Positions 20,204 to 29,271 of a stretch of 64,000 nucleotides of DNA are shown one piece after another (position 1 is the first letter of the stretch; each line of letters opens with the position of its first letter). Position numbers and translations under genes: made by a program. The notes below the pieces were generated by a model, which ran no database searches, was not told where the DNA came from, and saw only the letters and a program-made list of their open reading frames with translations. The stretch lies in sequence record SRR31156797_986; one strand, 5' to 3'.

Positions 20204-21202
20204 ATGCAACTAATGAAAGAGATTAGGGTAATTGTAATTGTTGTTTTGATTGGTACATATCTATTTGGCAATGATCTGAGTGGGCAGTGCGAATCAAGAT
20301 TTGTAATGGATATTGGTGGAGGTGCAACAATTACTAACAGGATAAAAACACCCTACTTTGTTGATGATTGCGTGGAAATTTTCACAAATACTGACCCACC
20401 TTTTTTTTTGTTCGATTCTTCATATATTCTTGAGGATATAATTAGTATTGAGAAGAATTATCACCTAAATTCAAGTTGTAAACAATTTAAAATAATTCCA
20501 AAGTATGAAACATGTGTAAATGAACTTGCTGAAAGTAATGATGCTAAACGTTTAAAAGCAGTGCGGAAACTAATTTGCTTTTACGATTCATACGATTCAA
20601 CTTTTGTTAAATTGCAAGACCAATTACCATTTATTAAGAATGAAATAGTAAAATCGCATATTGCTTTACATTTGGGCTATTCCAATAATCCGGCTGTAAT
20701 ACAGATTTTAAAAAGCATGGCTGAAGATACATGTGAATACGTGCGTTTAGAAGTTGGGCGTAGCCTGACAATACTCGGCGAAAAAGAAGTAAGTTATAAT
20801 TTATTATCCCAGATATGGCAAATGGGAATTTACCCCATCAATGTTGACAGGTTTCATTATTTCACATCCGGAATGCGTAACATTAATTCACCAGAGGCAA
20901 TTGATTTTTTAATCATGCTATCAGCAGACACAAATCAATATTGTGCTTTGGATGCTTCCATTTGTTTGTTACAATTGGGTAAACGCACAGAAGGTTTGAA
21001 TGGGATTAAACGAATTTTACACACTGATAATCCAACAATTTATAAATCCTTAACACGTGCTATACATAATTTTTACCCAACAAGTATTCTTATAAGCCTT
21101 GTTAATAGCCAGGTTGAGCCAAAAAACAATGAAATTGCACGTTTTAGGGAATGCATAATAAGTAAATATGGAGGTGAGGATGAAAAAATTTACAGTGAAT
21201 AA
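20204..21202 (+). CDS. Putative secreted HEAT-repeat-like protein, AT-rich orphan
   Basis: Hydrophobic N-terminus; HEAT-like units (ALHLG, D..EYVRLEVGRSLTILG, D.NQYCALDASICLLQLG); visibly more AT-rich than its neighbours. Confidence 0.55.
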   Translation: MQLMKEIRVIVIVVLIGTYLFGNDLSGQCESRFVMDIGGGATITNRIKTPYFVDDCVEIFTNTDPPFFLFDSSYILEDIISIEKNYHLNSSCKQFKIIPKYETCVNELAESNDAKRLKAVRKLICFYDSYDSTFVKLQDQLPFIKNEIVKSHIALHLGYSNNPAVIQILKSMAEDTCEYVRLEVGRSLTILGEKEVSYNLLSQIWQMGIYPINVDRFHYFTSGMRNINSPEAIDFLIMLSADTNQYCALDASICLLQLGKRTEGLNGIKRILHTDNPTIYKSLTRAIHNFYPTSILISLVNSQVEPKNNEIARFRECIISKYGGEDEKIYSE

Positions 21203-21317
21203 TTCAAATTGTAGTTCTGGAAAATAGAGTATTGTTGCACTTAATCAAAGAGATGACTTATGGGATGATGTTATTATGGATTCATTCTGTAATTATTACC
21301 GGGTGAGTTTTAAGTTT

Positions 21318-23678
21318 TTAAAACGGATACCCTATCCCGAAATTCCACACCACTTTTCTCAGCCCCAAGTTGTTGAACTGCCATCGGCTACCGGCAGGGT
21401 AGGAGGGATCACGGAAAGGTGTTGCTGCATCAATCCTGAAGATGAAGAAGGTGAGATCAAGCCGTAACCCGAAACCTCCATTGATGGCCAATTGATTGTA
21501 AAACTTGCCGAACCTGAATTCACCGTCTGGAATAACATCGCTGGGTTCCAGGAGCCAGATATTTCCGATATCTGTAAAAACTGCGCCCTTAAACCACTTG
21601 TAAAGCGGGAATCGGTATTCCAGGTTGGCCTCGAGGATGATATCTCCCATGCGCTCAAAATTACCATTTGAAATGCTGTCGCTGTATGCGCCCGGCCCGA
21701 GGGTGCGGTAGTTCCAGCCCCGCATATCGTTTGAACCGCCCGCATAAAACCCCTTTTCAAACGGGAGGGATGATGAATTTCCGTATGGGATACCAACTCC
21801 CAGCAAGTTCCGGTAAACCAGTGTATGATCTTCGCTAAGGGCAAAATAATATCTGAAATCCACATTGGTTCTTACATACTGGGCAAACGGAATATTCCAT
21901 ACGGTGTATTCTCCGTGTTCGGTTTTTGGTGCGGAGGTGAGGTTGCTTACGGCATTCAGGATGTTTCCTGCCGATTCGATGTTCCACCTGAAAAAGGTGA
22001 AATCCTGCACTTTGTTCCGTTCCTGGTTGTTGTAGATATAAGTGTATTTGGCCGACATAATGAAATGATCGGTATACTGGTTGAGCAACCGTTGATCGTT
22101 CAGGTCTTCCAGGCGCCTCAAAAATGTTGAATCCGGGAATATGGAAACGGAGTTGATTTCCAGCGGAATAAAGCTATGGCGAACAAAGGCATTTTTTTGC
22201 CAGCTGTAACCAAATGAACCATTTGTAACGTATCGCTCATAGTCAGGCCGGTTTTGGTAATTCACCCCGGTCTTTATTGTGGTTCTGGGCCGCAGCACAT
22301 TTCTGGTTCGCAATATGCCAAAAGGCAAAAGGAATTTTGGGAAGTCGATGGACGCTTCGGCACCGGTTTGTACGGTATTGAAAAACAGGAAAACAGCATC
22401 ATTGTTTCCACCGCCGGCCTGCCATTCGACCCCGCCGGTGAGTTTCAGGCTGAGTACCTCACCACCCCTGAAAATGTTGAGATTCCGATAAACCAGGTTC
22501 CCTGCTACTCCCAGGAGGCTTCCTGACGTGGTCCCTTCAGCCTCGATCGAAAACGACTGCACCGGCCGGCGGGTTAGTTCTATAAAACAATCCACCAAAT
22601 TTCTTCCGGTGTCTGTGGCCTGTTGAACTTCTCTGAAATTCAGTGATGTGAAAGCAAATAGTGGGAAACCGGAAAGCTGACGATAGGTACGTTTTTCATC
22701 TTTTTCGCGGTATAAGGATCCCGGTTTAAGGAATATGGATCTACTAAGAATCCCTTGCCTGACCTTTAGTTTGTCGCGGTAGTAAATACTAAAATTTCCC
22801 TTCCCGGCAACCCCCGCAGTATCCACGATGCGCTGCATATTGGAAGTGTCGGTTTTTACCGGGTTAAAATCGGGATCAATAGAAATCTGGTTCAGGTGAT
22901 ATTTTTGAAAACTCCGGTTTGGGAGTCTGGTTTCCAGTGAATCGCCGGGAACTCCCGAAGGCTGAATATTGGGATAAATTTTCAGTGTATGATTTCCGAA
23001 AGCACTGTCCACTTCAAAGTATACCAGTTCAGGAGCAAAAAAGTAATAGCCTTCATTTCGAAGCAGTGATGAAATGCGGTAACGCTCATCGTCCAGATTT
23101 TCGGTATTATAAATATCACCTGTTTTTACGAATGATTCCATCTGGTTTTGAGTAACAATAGTTCGTATTGTTGAATCAAAAATCTCAAATTCGATGTCAT
23201 TTATACGGTAAGGTGTTGCCAGGTCAACCTGGTATTCTACAATTGCCTTTTTATTTTTTCTGAAAATCTCCGTGTTTATTTTCGAATTGAAGAAGCCGTT
23301 GTTTTGGAGGAACAGGTTTATTTGTCCAATTGATCTGTCAATTTTATTCTCCTGGAGGATTACGGGTTCCTGGCCAATACTTTTGTTAAGCCATCTTTTA
23401 AACCAGTTGCTTTTGCCTTTGCTGGTGAAACTGTTTACCCACAAGCCGATTTTAAGTGAACCGAGTAATTTATCATTGGGTTGTTGGTCAAGGATTTCAT
23501 ACAAATCATCTGTGCTGAAGGGAATATCTTTTTCACCAGATGTTTCGTAATTGATATCGACAACATTTTTGCGTAGCAGGTATTCATTTTCAGGAACATT
23601 CCGGGTGGTGTTGCAACCCGTAATTACGGCAAAGCTTATCAGCATAAATGCCAAATGAAGAATTCCGTTATTTTTCAA
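21318..23678 (-). CDS. tamL: Omp85/TamA-family outer-membrane lipoprotein (TamL-like)
   Basis: Lipobox AVITG-C; POTRA-like NNGFF and NEGYY segments; FYAGGSNDMRGW; C-terminal FGIGYPF; TAATTTTG promoter at 23711-23704. Confidence 0.85.
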   Translation of the reverse strand: MKNNGILHLAFMLISFAVITGCNTTRNVPENEYLLRKNVVDINYETSGEKDIPFSTDDLYEILDQQPNDKLLGSLKIGLWVNSFTSKGKSNWFKRWLNKSIGQEPVILQENKIDRSIGQINLFLQNNGFFNSKINTEIFRKNKKAIVEYQVDLATPYRINDIEFEIFDSTIRTIVTQNQMESFVKTGDIYNTENLDDERYRISSLLRNEGYYFFAPELVYFEVDSAFGNHTLKIYPNIQPSGVPGDSLETRLPNRSFQKYHLNQISIDPDFNPVKTDTSNMQRIVDTAGVAGKGNFSIYYRDKLKVRQGILSRSIFLKPGSLYREKDEKRTYRQLSGFPLFAFTSLNFREVQQATDTGRNLVDCFIELTRRPVQSFSIEAEGTTSGSLLGVAGNLVYRNLNIFRGGEVLSLKLTGGVEWQAGGGNNDAVFLFFNTVQTGAEASIDFPKFLLPFGILRTRNVLRPRTTIKTGVNYQNRPDYERYVTNGSFGYSWQKNAFVRHSFIPLEINSVSIFPDSTFLRRLEDLNDQRLLNQYTDHFIMSAKYTYIYNNQERNKVQDFTFFRWNIESAGNILNAVSNLTSAPKTEHGEYTVWNIPFAQYVRTNVDFRYYFALSEDHTLVYRNLLGVGIPYGNSSSLPFEKGFYAGGSNDMRGWNYRTLGPGAYSDSISNGNFERMGDIILEANLEYRFPLYKWFKGAVFTDIGNIWLLEPSDVIPDGEFRFGKFYNQLAINGGFGLRLDLTFFIFRIDAATPFRDPSYPAGSRWQFNNLGLRKVVWNFGIGYPF

Positions 23679-23816
23679 TTCCTGATTTTTGAATAATAAT
23701 GTACAAAATTAGGGTTTATTTGGCTGACAGGAACATCAAAAATAACCAGGCAAGCATGAAGTATCTGTTGAAATTAAGCATTACAACTTTACCATGGTGA
23801 AATTAACGTGGGATAA

Positions 23817-25253
23817 TCAGGCTTGCTTTTTCAGAAAATTGAACAGGAGTCTCACTCCAAAGCCTGTCCCTCCAATGTTGCGGTAGCTGTCACGCTTTTC
23901 GGCGAAAGCCACGCCGGCAATGTCGAGATGGATAAATGGATAATCGGTAAATTTTTCGAGGAATTTACCGGCGGTAATCATGCCTGCTTCAGGTGGGCCG
24001 GCATTCACAAGATCAGCTATGGGCGACTTCATCATATCGGCATATTCGTCCCAGAAAGGAAATTCGGCCACACGTTCGTATACGCTATTGCCACTGGTTT
24101 TTAACTCTTCCATAGCCTCTGCAGCCCTGGTATGCATTGCAACCACACCATATTTTCCGATGGCCCGTTGGGCTGATCCTGTTAGTGTTGCCGCATTGAT
24201 AACAAGTTCAGGATTGTATTTTTTGGCATAGCTCAGCGCATCAGCAAGAATCATGCGGCCCTCTGCATCTGTATTGATGATTTCTACAGTAAGGCCGTTA
24301 TGCATTTTAATCACATCGCCCGGAGCATAGGCATTTCCATTGAGCCTGTTGTCGGTTGCCGGTATGAGCGTAATAATGTGCAAGGGTAGTTTTGCCAGGG
24401 CGGCAGCATAAATTGTGGAGGCCATCATGGCGGCACCGCTCATGTCGGATTTCATGTCTTCCATGTATTTGCCAACCTTAATGTTGAGGCCGCCGGTATC
24501 GTAGGTTACGCCCTTGCCCACAAAAATGAGGGGTTTTTCGTTGAGTGCATTGTCGGGTGCCCATTCCATCACGGTGAAAGTTGGCGGATCTTCGCTGCCA
24601 ATATTTACCGCCAGCAGCCCGCCCATTTTCAGGCTTTCAATTTTTTTCTTGTTAAAGATCTCAATCTTTATTCTGGCTTCTGTGGCCATTTCATGGAACT
24701 GCTGGCTCATCTTCGTGGCATTGAGGTACATCACAGGTTCGTTTACCAGGTCGCGTGCCTTGTATACGGCTTTGTTCAGGATGTTGAGCTCCTCCACTTT
24801 TGTGGCCTTAATGCTATCACCATAAATTATAATTGACCGGAGTGTGTTCTTTTTCTCCGAACCGACCTTAAAATATTTGATAAACTGGTAGTTACCCAGC
24901 GCCATACCTTCGGCGAAAGCCAGGGCCTGGCCGGGTTGCAATTCATGGTTTACGATCGTGATCTCTTCAAGTTTAATTTTGTTCAAAAAGTTCTGAAAAT
25001 CATCACCACTTTTACGCCCATTTTCCAGGGTCTTCGAATCATCACTTTCCTGTCTGATAACCCTTACGAAAACCCAATGGCTCAGCCTGTTAAAATCAAA
25101 TTGTGATATTTTGTGCGTTTCATATTCCTTCCTGATATAGTCCTTCTCCTCATCAGAAAGGTAATTTTCGTTCATTTCCAATGCATCTGAAACCAGTATT
25201 AAAATGTTGGTTTTTGCCCTGAGCGCGTCTGTTTTGGTGATTTTCACTGTCAT
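23817..25253 (-). CDS. pepA: Leucyl aminopeptidase (M17)
   Basis: VGKGVTYDTGG, MKSDMSGAA, NTDAEGRM, ATLTG, HLDIAG. Confidence 0.93.
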   Translation of the reverse strand: MTVKITKTDALRAKTNILILVSDALEMNENYLSDEEKDYIRKEYETHKISQFDFNRLSHWVFVRVIRQESDDSKTLENGRKSGDDFQNFLNKIKLEEITIVNHELQPGQALAFAEGMALGNYQFIKYFKVGSEKKNTLRSIIIYGDSIKATKVEELNILNKAVYKARDLVNEPVMYLNATKMSQQFHEMATEARIKIEIFNKKKIESLKMGGLLAVNIGSEDPPTFTVMEWAPDNALNEKPLIFVGKGVTYDTGGLNIKVGKYMEDMKSDMSGAAMMASTIYAAALAKLPLHIITLIPATDNRLNGNAYAPGDVIKMHNGLTVEIINTDAEGRMILADALSYAKKYNPELVINAATLTGSAQRAIGKYGVVAMHTRAAEAMEELKTSGNSVYERVAEFPFWDEYADMMKSPIADLVNAGPPEAGMITAGKFLEKFTDYPFIHLDIAGVAFAEKRDSYRNIGGTGFGVRLLFNFLKKQA

Positions 25254-25385
25254 ATTGCTAAAATTGTTGGAGAGAAGAACAGAATATTTCTTGCTTCATT
25301 GTTTGAAGAATGCACTTTTTTACCGCAATTTTTAAATATTAAGAGCCATCATAAAATGGGATGGCTCTTAATTAGTTGTGGATGC

Positions 25386-25898
25386 CTAACTCAATTTTTT
25401 GACAATCTCAAGGGCTTTGTCGTAATCAGGCTGGTTGGAATTATTTTCAACATACTCAACATGTTTGATTATGCCATTCTTATCAACCACCACCACACCA
25501 CGGTTCAGCAACCTGAGTTCGTTCATCAGGAAACCGTACTTCTTTCCAAAATCTGCTTCTTTATGATCTGAGGTTGTTATAACAGCTTCGATGCCTTCGG
25601 CGGCGCAAAAGCGGCCCAGCGCAAATGGAAGATCCATTGAAACTGAGATGACAACAGCATCGCCAAGTTTGGCGGCTTCCTCGTTAAACCTCCTCGTTTG
25701 TGCAGAGCACACATCTGTGTCAATGGAAGGTGCTACGGAAATAATCCTGATTTTGCCATCGTATTTGCTAAATTTTAACGGATTCAGATCCTTACCAACA
25801 ACGGTAAAATCTTGCACTTTGTCACCAATTTTTACTGCTTCACCAAAGAGTGTGGTGATGTGCGGTCCAAAAATTCCAATTCTTTCTTTTTGTGCCAT
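25386..25898 (-). CDS. tpx: Thiol peroxidase (atypical 2-Cys peroxiredoxin)
   Basis: PSIDTDVC, QTRRFN, SMDLPFALGRFC, PDYD. Confidence 0.93.
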   Translation of the reverse strand: MAQKERIGIFGPHITTLFGEAVKIGDKVQDFTVVGKDLNPLKFSKYDGKIRIISVAPSIDTDVCSAQTRRFNEEAAKLGDAVVISVSMDLPFALGRFCAAEGIEAVITTSDHKEADFGKKYGFLMNELRLLNRGVVVVDKNGIIKHVEYVENNSNQPDYDKALEIVKKLS

Positions 25899-26078
25899 TC
25901 TAAATATGATTTAATAAGTTAAGTATTAAGATTAAAAATATTTCCAATTGATACGCCTGGATGTTGCTGAAACAAGCAATTCAGTTCAATGTTCAACTAT
26001 ACAAATACCTGCTCTGGTATGGATACGGACAAAGCCTGATTTTATTTCCGGGTTAAGATATTTTGAGTTGTATGGTCG

Positions 26079-26501
26079 CTACAAAAATCTTTTCATCACC
26101 TTTGGAGTTGGGATCATACAACTGTCTTTTTTGCCAAACCACATGTATCTGTTTCGGGCAACAAAATCATAAATTGAGTCGCGGAATGATCGTGGTAGAA
26201 ACCTGAAGTATTTCAGTGCCCTCCATGGCCAGGGCAGGTAAGCAGCAATACGCAATACAGCTTCTGATTTCACGGTTATATTTTCTACTTCAAGTAGAAT
26301 TACAGTGGACGGGTCTGATGGCAATTCATAAACCACATCATCTAAAGCTGAGTATTTTTTAATCTTATCAGACTGTAGTGGAAGGAATTTAAAAACTGCT
26401 TTCTTATCCAGGCGAATCAGCAGGTTAACGAAACCATTGCAAAGGTTGCAAACGCCGTCAAATAGGATGATAGGATGATTATTTTCCTGATGTGTTTGCA
26501 T
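26079..26501 (-). CDS. DCC1-like thiol-disulfide oxidoreductase (DUF393)
   Basis: FDGVCNLCN, RDSIYDFVARNRY.WFGK..SC motifs. Confidence 0.88.
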   Translation of the reverse strand: MQTHQENNHPIILFDGVCNLCNGFVNLLIRLDKKAVFKFLPLQSDKIKKYSALDDVVYELPSDPSTVILLEVENITVKSEAVLRIAAYLPWPWRALKYFRFLPRSFRDSIYDFVARNRYMWFGKKDSCMIPTPKVMKRFL

Positions 26502-26541
26502 AAAAAAGGCTTTGATTTTATAACGATATCAAAGCCTTTTT
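26502..26541 (-). terminator. Intrinsic (possibly bidirectional) terminator after ricT
   Basis: AAAAAGGCTTTGAT...ATCAAAGCCTTTTT inverted repeat with A/T runs on both sides. Confidence 0.8.
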
Positions 26542-26549
26542 GTTAAAAA

Positions 26550-27989
26550 TTATTCTTTTGGAGTTTGACTGTCGCGGTTGCCTCCGCCCCGGTTATCCCC
26601 GTCACGTTTGTTTTGCCGGTTGTTGTTATTTCTCCTGTTACGATCGTCCGGACTGTTTCTTTGTGGCCTGTTCCCACCCTGGTTTTTTTGTGGTCCATCT
26701 TCGCGGCGTTGGGGCCTTTCACGGCGTTTTTCACCATCTCTTCTTTTGGGGCGGCTATCAGTTTTTTGGCCCTGCGGACGTTTATCTTGTTGATCTCTAC
26801 CACTTTGTGGTGGCCTGTTACCCTTTCTTCGTGATTTTTTACGTTTACGTTTTCCATCATCAGCCTCATCCATTTTATCAAACCTGCTGATATCCTCTTC
26901 GGTGAGCCCGCCATTGCCAACATCCGTTTTAATTTCCTTGGTAAGGGCAATATCTTCCAGCTGTTGAGGCAGCTTGTTGTTCTTATTGGCCTCAATAATT
27001 TCATTCACCCTGTCAACGTTGAGTGCCATCATATTCGATTGGTCATTTTTGTAGGCGTACCACATAACACGCTTAAAAACGTCAGATTTCTGGTGAATGG
27101 CTTCTCCTTTTTCGGTTTTTAAAATGATGTTACTATCCGGGAAATCCTTGAGTGCATCCAAGTAGATATCGTTTTCATAGTTCAGGCAGCATTTCAGCTT
27201 TCCACATTGCCCGGCCAGCTTTTGCGGGTTGAGCGAAAGTTGTTGGGTTCTGGCAGTATTTGTGGTTACGGAAGTAAAATCGGTAAGCCACGTGGCGCAG
27301 CACAACTCTCTTCCACAGGACCCGATGCCGCCAACCCTGGCAGCTTCCTGACGTGCACCAATCTGGCGCATTTCAATCCTTACCTTAAACTCATCAGCCA
27401 AAACCTTTATCAATTCCCTGAAGTCAACACGTTCGTCGGCAGTATAATAAAAAACGGCTTTGGTTTCATCACCCTGGTATTCCACATCGTTGATCTTCAT
27501 GTCAAGATTCAGTTTACGGGCGATAACCCTGGTCTTAATTTTAACACGTTCTTCCAGGTCAACTGCATTGAGCCATTTTTCGATATCAGAAAGCCGTGCC
27601 CTGCGATACACTTTCTTTACATTTTCGCTATCAGGATCTACGCCCTTATTGCGCATTTGAAGTCGCACGATTTCACCAGTGAGGGTTATTATTCCGATGT
27701 CGTGGCCAGGAGATGACTCTACAGCGATGATGTCGCCGGTTTCAATTTTCATTTCCGGTGGTACTTTAAAAAAGTCTTTCCGGCTGTTTTTAAATCTTAC
27801 TTCAACACAATCAAAAGGCTTTTGGCCCTCGGGTATTTCCAAATCTTTTAGCCAGTCGTAAACATCAAGTTTACAGCAGCGGTGGTTGGCAATTTTACTG
27901 TTATCCTGATAAATTTGGGGTGCATGACAGCAGCCCCTTGACAGGAAGTTATTGGTGGGTTTATCGTTTTGAGTTATATCGTTTTCCAT
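26550..27989 (-). CDS. ricT: PSP1-domain regulatory Fe-S protein RicT/YaaT with long charged C-terminal tail
   Basis: RVDFRELIK, RIEMRQIG, GGIGSCGRELCC, KLAGQCGKLKCCLNYE; downstream of holB; TAGCTTTG at 28036-28029. Confidence 0.9.
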   Translation of the reverse strand: MENDITQNDKPTNNFLSRGCCHAPQIYQDNSKIANHRCCKLDVYDWLKDLEIPEGQKPFDCVEVRFKNSRKDFFKVPPEMKIETGDIIAVESSPGHDIGIITLTGEIVRLQMRNKGVDPDSENVKKVYRRARLSDIEKWLNAVDLEERVKIKTRVIARKLNLDMKINDVEYQGDETKAVFYYTADERVDFRELIKVLADEFKVRIEMRQIGARQEAARVGGIGSCGRELCCATWLTDFTSVTTNTARTQQLSLNPQKLAGQCGKLKCCLNYENDIYLDALKDFPDSNIILKTEKGEAIHQKSDVFKRVMWYAYKNDQSNMMALNVDRVNEIIEANKNNKLPQQLEDIALTKEIKTDVGNGGLTEEDISRFDKMDEADDGKRKRKKSRRKGNRPPQSGRDQQDKRPQGQKTDSRPKRRDGEKRRERPQRREDGPQKNQGGNRPQRNSPDDRNRRNNNNRQNKRDGDNRGGGNRDSQTPKE

Positions 27990-28046
27990 TTAATTTCGGA
28001 GGTTATTCATGAGTTAAAAAATAATCTGCAAAGCTAACATTTTCTG

Positions 28047-29216
28047 CTAAGCCGTTGTCTTTTCCTTGATTCTAAGCAGTTTTGAAATGGTTAGTGAGAG
28101 GTCGAGGTAGATCATGCCACCATGTACGTTTCGCTCGATATGATAGATGGCTTTGTTGAATTCTTCTGCAAACTGACTGATGTTTGCCGGGTTGACAAAG
28201 GGAGCAAATTTGGCGTAAAATTCCGCTTCACTTTCTATCATCCTGACCAGGGTTTTCTGTTTTAGATTTAGCATGAGGCAGCTTCGCAAAGCTTCGAGGC
28301 CAAAGTGTAAAAAATGTTTGCTTTGTTCACGGTTTTCTTTGCCCTGTTCTGTTGAAAAATCAAGAATAGACGGAACATCCGGAGCCCAGCACATGCGCAT
28401 CCATTTAACAAATTTACTGAAGTTTTTCTCAAAAACATCGGCCTGATGCTGCACTTTCATGGCTTCCTTAAAACTTCCTTTAGCAAGGTGGCTCACCTCC
28501 CTGGCCCTGTCATCAGGCAGTTCGAGCCTTTTACGGCAGGCTTCCAGCATAACTGCATCCTCAATTTTTGGGATTTTCACCTGATGCAGCCTTGAAAGAA
28601 TGGTTGAAATGATCTGGTCGATTTGTTCGGCAACAAGCAGAAAAATTGTTTTTTCGGGTGGCTCTTCAAGAATTTTGAGCAGTTTGGGTGCTGCCTGGTA
28701 ATTGAGTTTTTCGATCATCCAGATCAGCATGATTTTGTATTCTGATTCGTAACTGCTGTAATTGAGCGTCGTAATGATGTTTCCGCAGTCCTGAACATTA
28801 ATGGAGGCTTGTTTGCGCTCTATTTCCAGCTTTTGATACCAGTCGTTGAGCGAAATGTAGTAGTCGTTCTCAAAGATCATTTCGCGCCATTGTGTGATAA
28901 ATGTGCTACTCTCAGGCTTTTTACCTGATGGTAATTTCACAATCTTGCTTTCGGCAACCGGATAAATAAAATGAAGATCAGGATGGATCAGTTTATTGTA
29001 TTTAATACAAGATGGGCAGGAACCGCATGAATCTTCCCTCGAAAATTTCTCCTTATCCCTGCAACTGATAAACTGTGCATAAGCCAGTGCGAGGGCAAGT
29101 TTGCCATGGCCTTCCCTGCCGTAAAAAAGCTGGGCGTGCGCCACACGGCCTTCTGCCACTGTACGTACCAATCTGCGCTTTATATCTGTTTGTCCGATTA
29201 CCTCATTAAATAACAT
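28047..29216 (-). CDS. holB: DNA polymerase III delta' subunit
   Basis: HAQLF.G, SCGSCPSC, HPDLHF, LLKILEEPP, TILSR; TATTTTTG at 29250-29243. Confidence 0.93.
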   Translation of the reverse strand: MLFNEVIGQTDIKRRLVRTVAEGRVAHAQLFYGREGHGKLALALAYAQFISCRDKEKFSREDSCGSCPSCIKYNKLIHPDLHFIYPVAESKIVKLPSGKKPESSTFITQWREMIFENDYYISLNDWYQKLEIERKQASINVQDCGNIITTLNYSSYESEYKIMLIWMIEKLNYQAAPKLLKILEEPPEKTIFLLVAEQIDQIISTILSRLHQVKIPKIEDAVMLEACRKRLELPDDRAREVSHLAKGSFKEAMKVQHQADVFEKNFSKFVKWMRMCWAPDVPSILDFSTEQGKENREQSKHFLHFGLEALRSCLMLNLKQKTLVRMIESEAEFYAKFAPFVNPANISQFAEEFNKAIYHIERNVHGGMIYLDLSLTISKLLRIKEKTTA

Positions 29217-29271
29217 TCCGGTCGTTTGAAAATTTTATCCGGCAAAAATAGGGCTTAATAGCTTACAAAAT

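Noticed and set aside
26543-27004. 153-aa alternative-frame ORF overlapping the ricT tail
   Set aside because: Explained by low-complexity, stop-poor sequence; no recognisable motif or slippery site identified.
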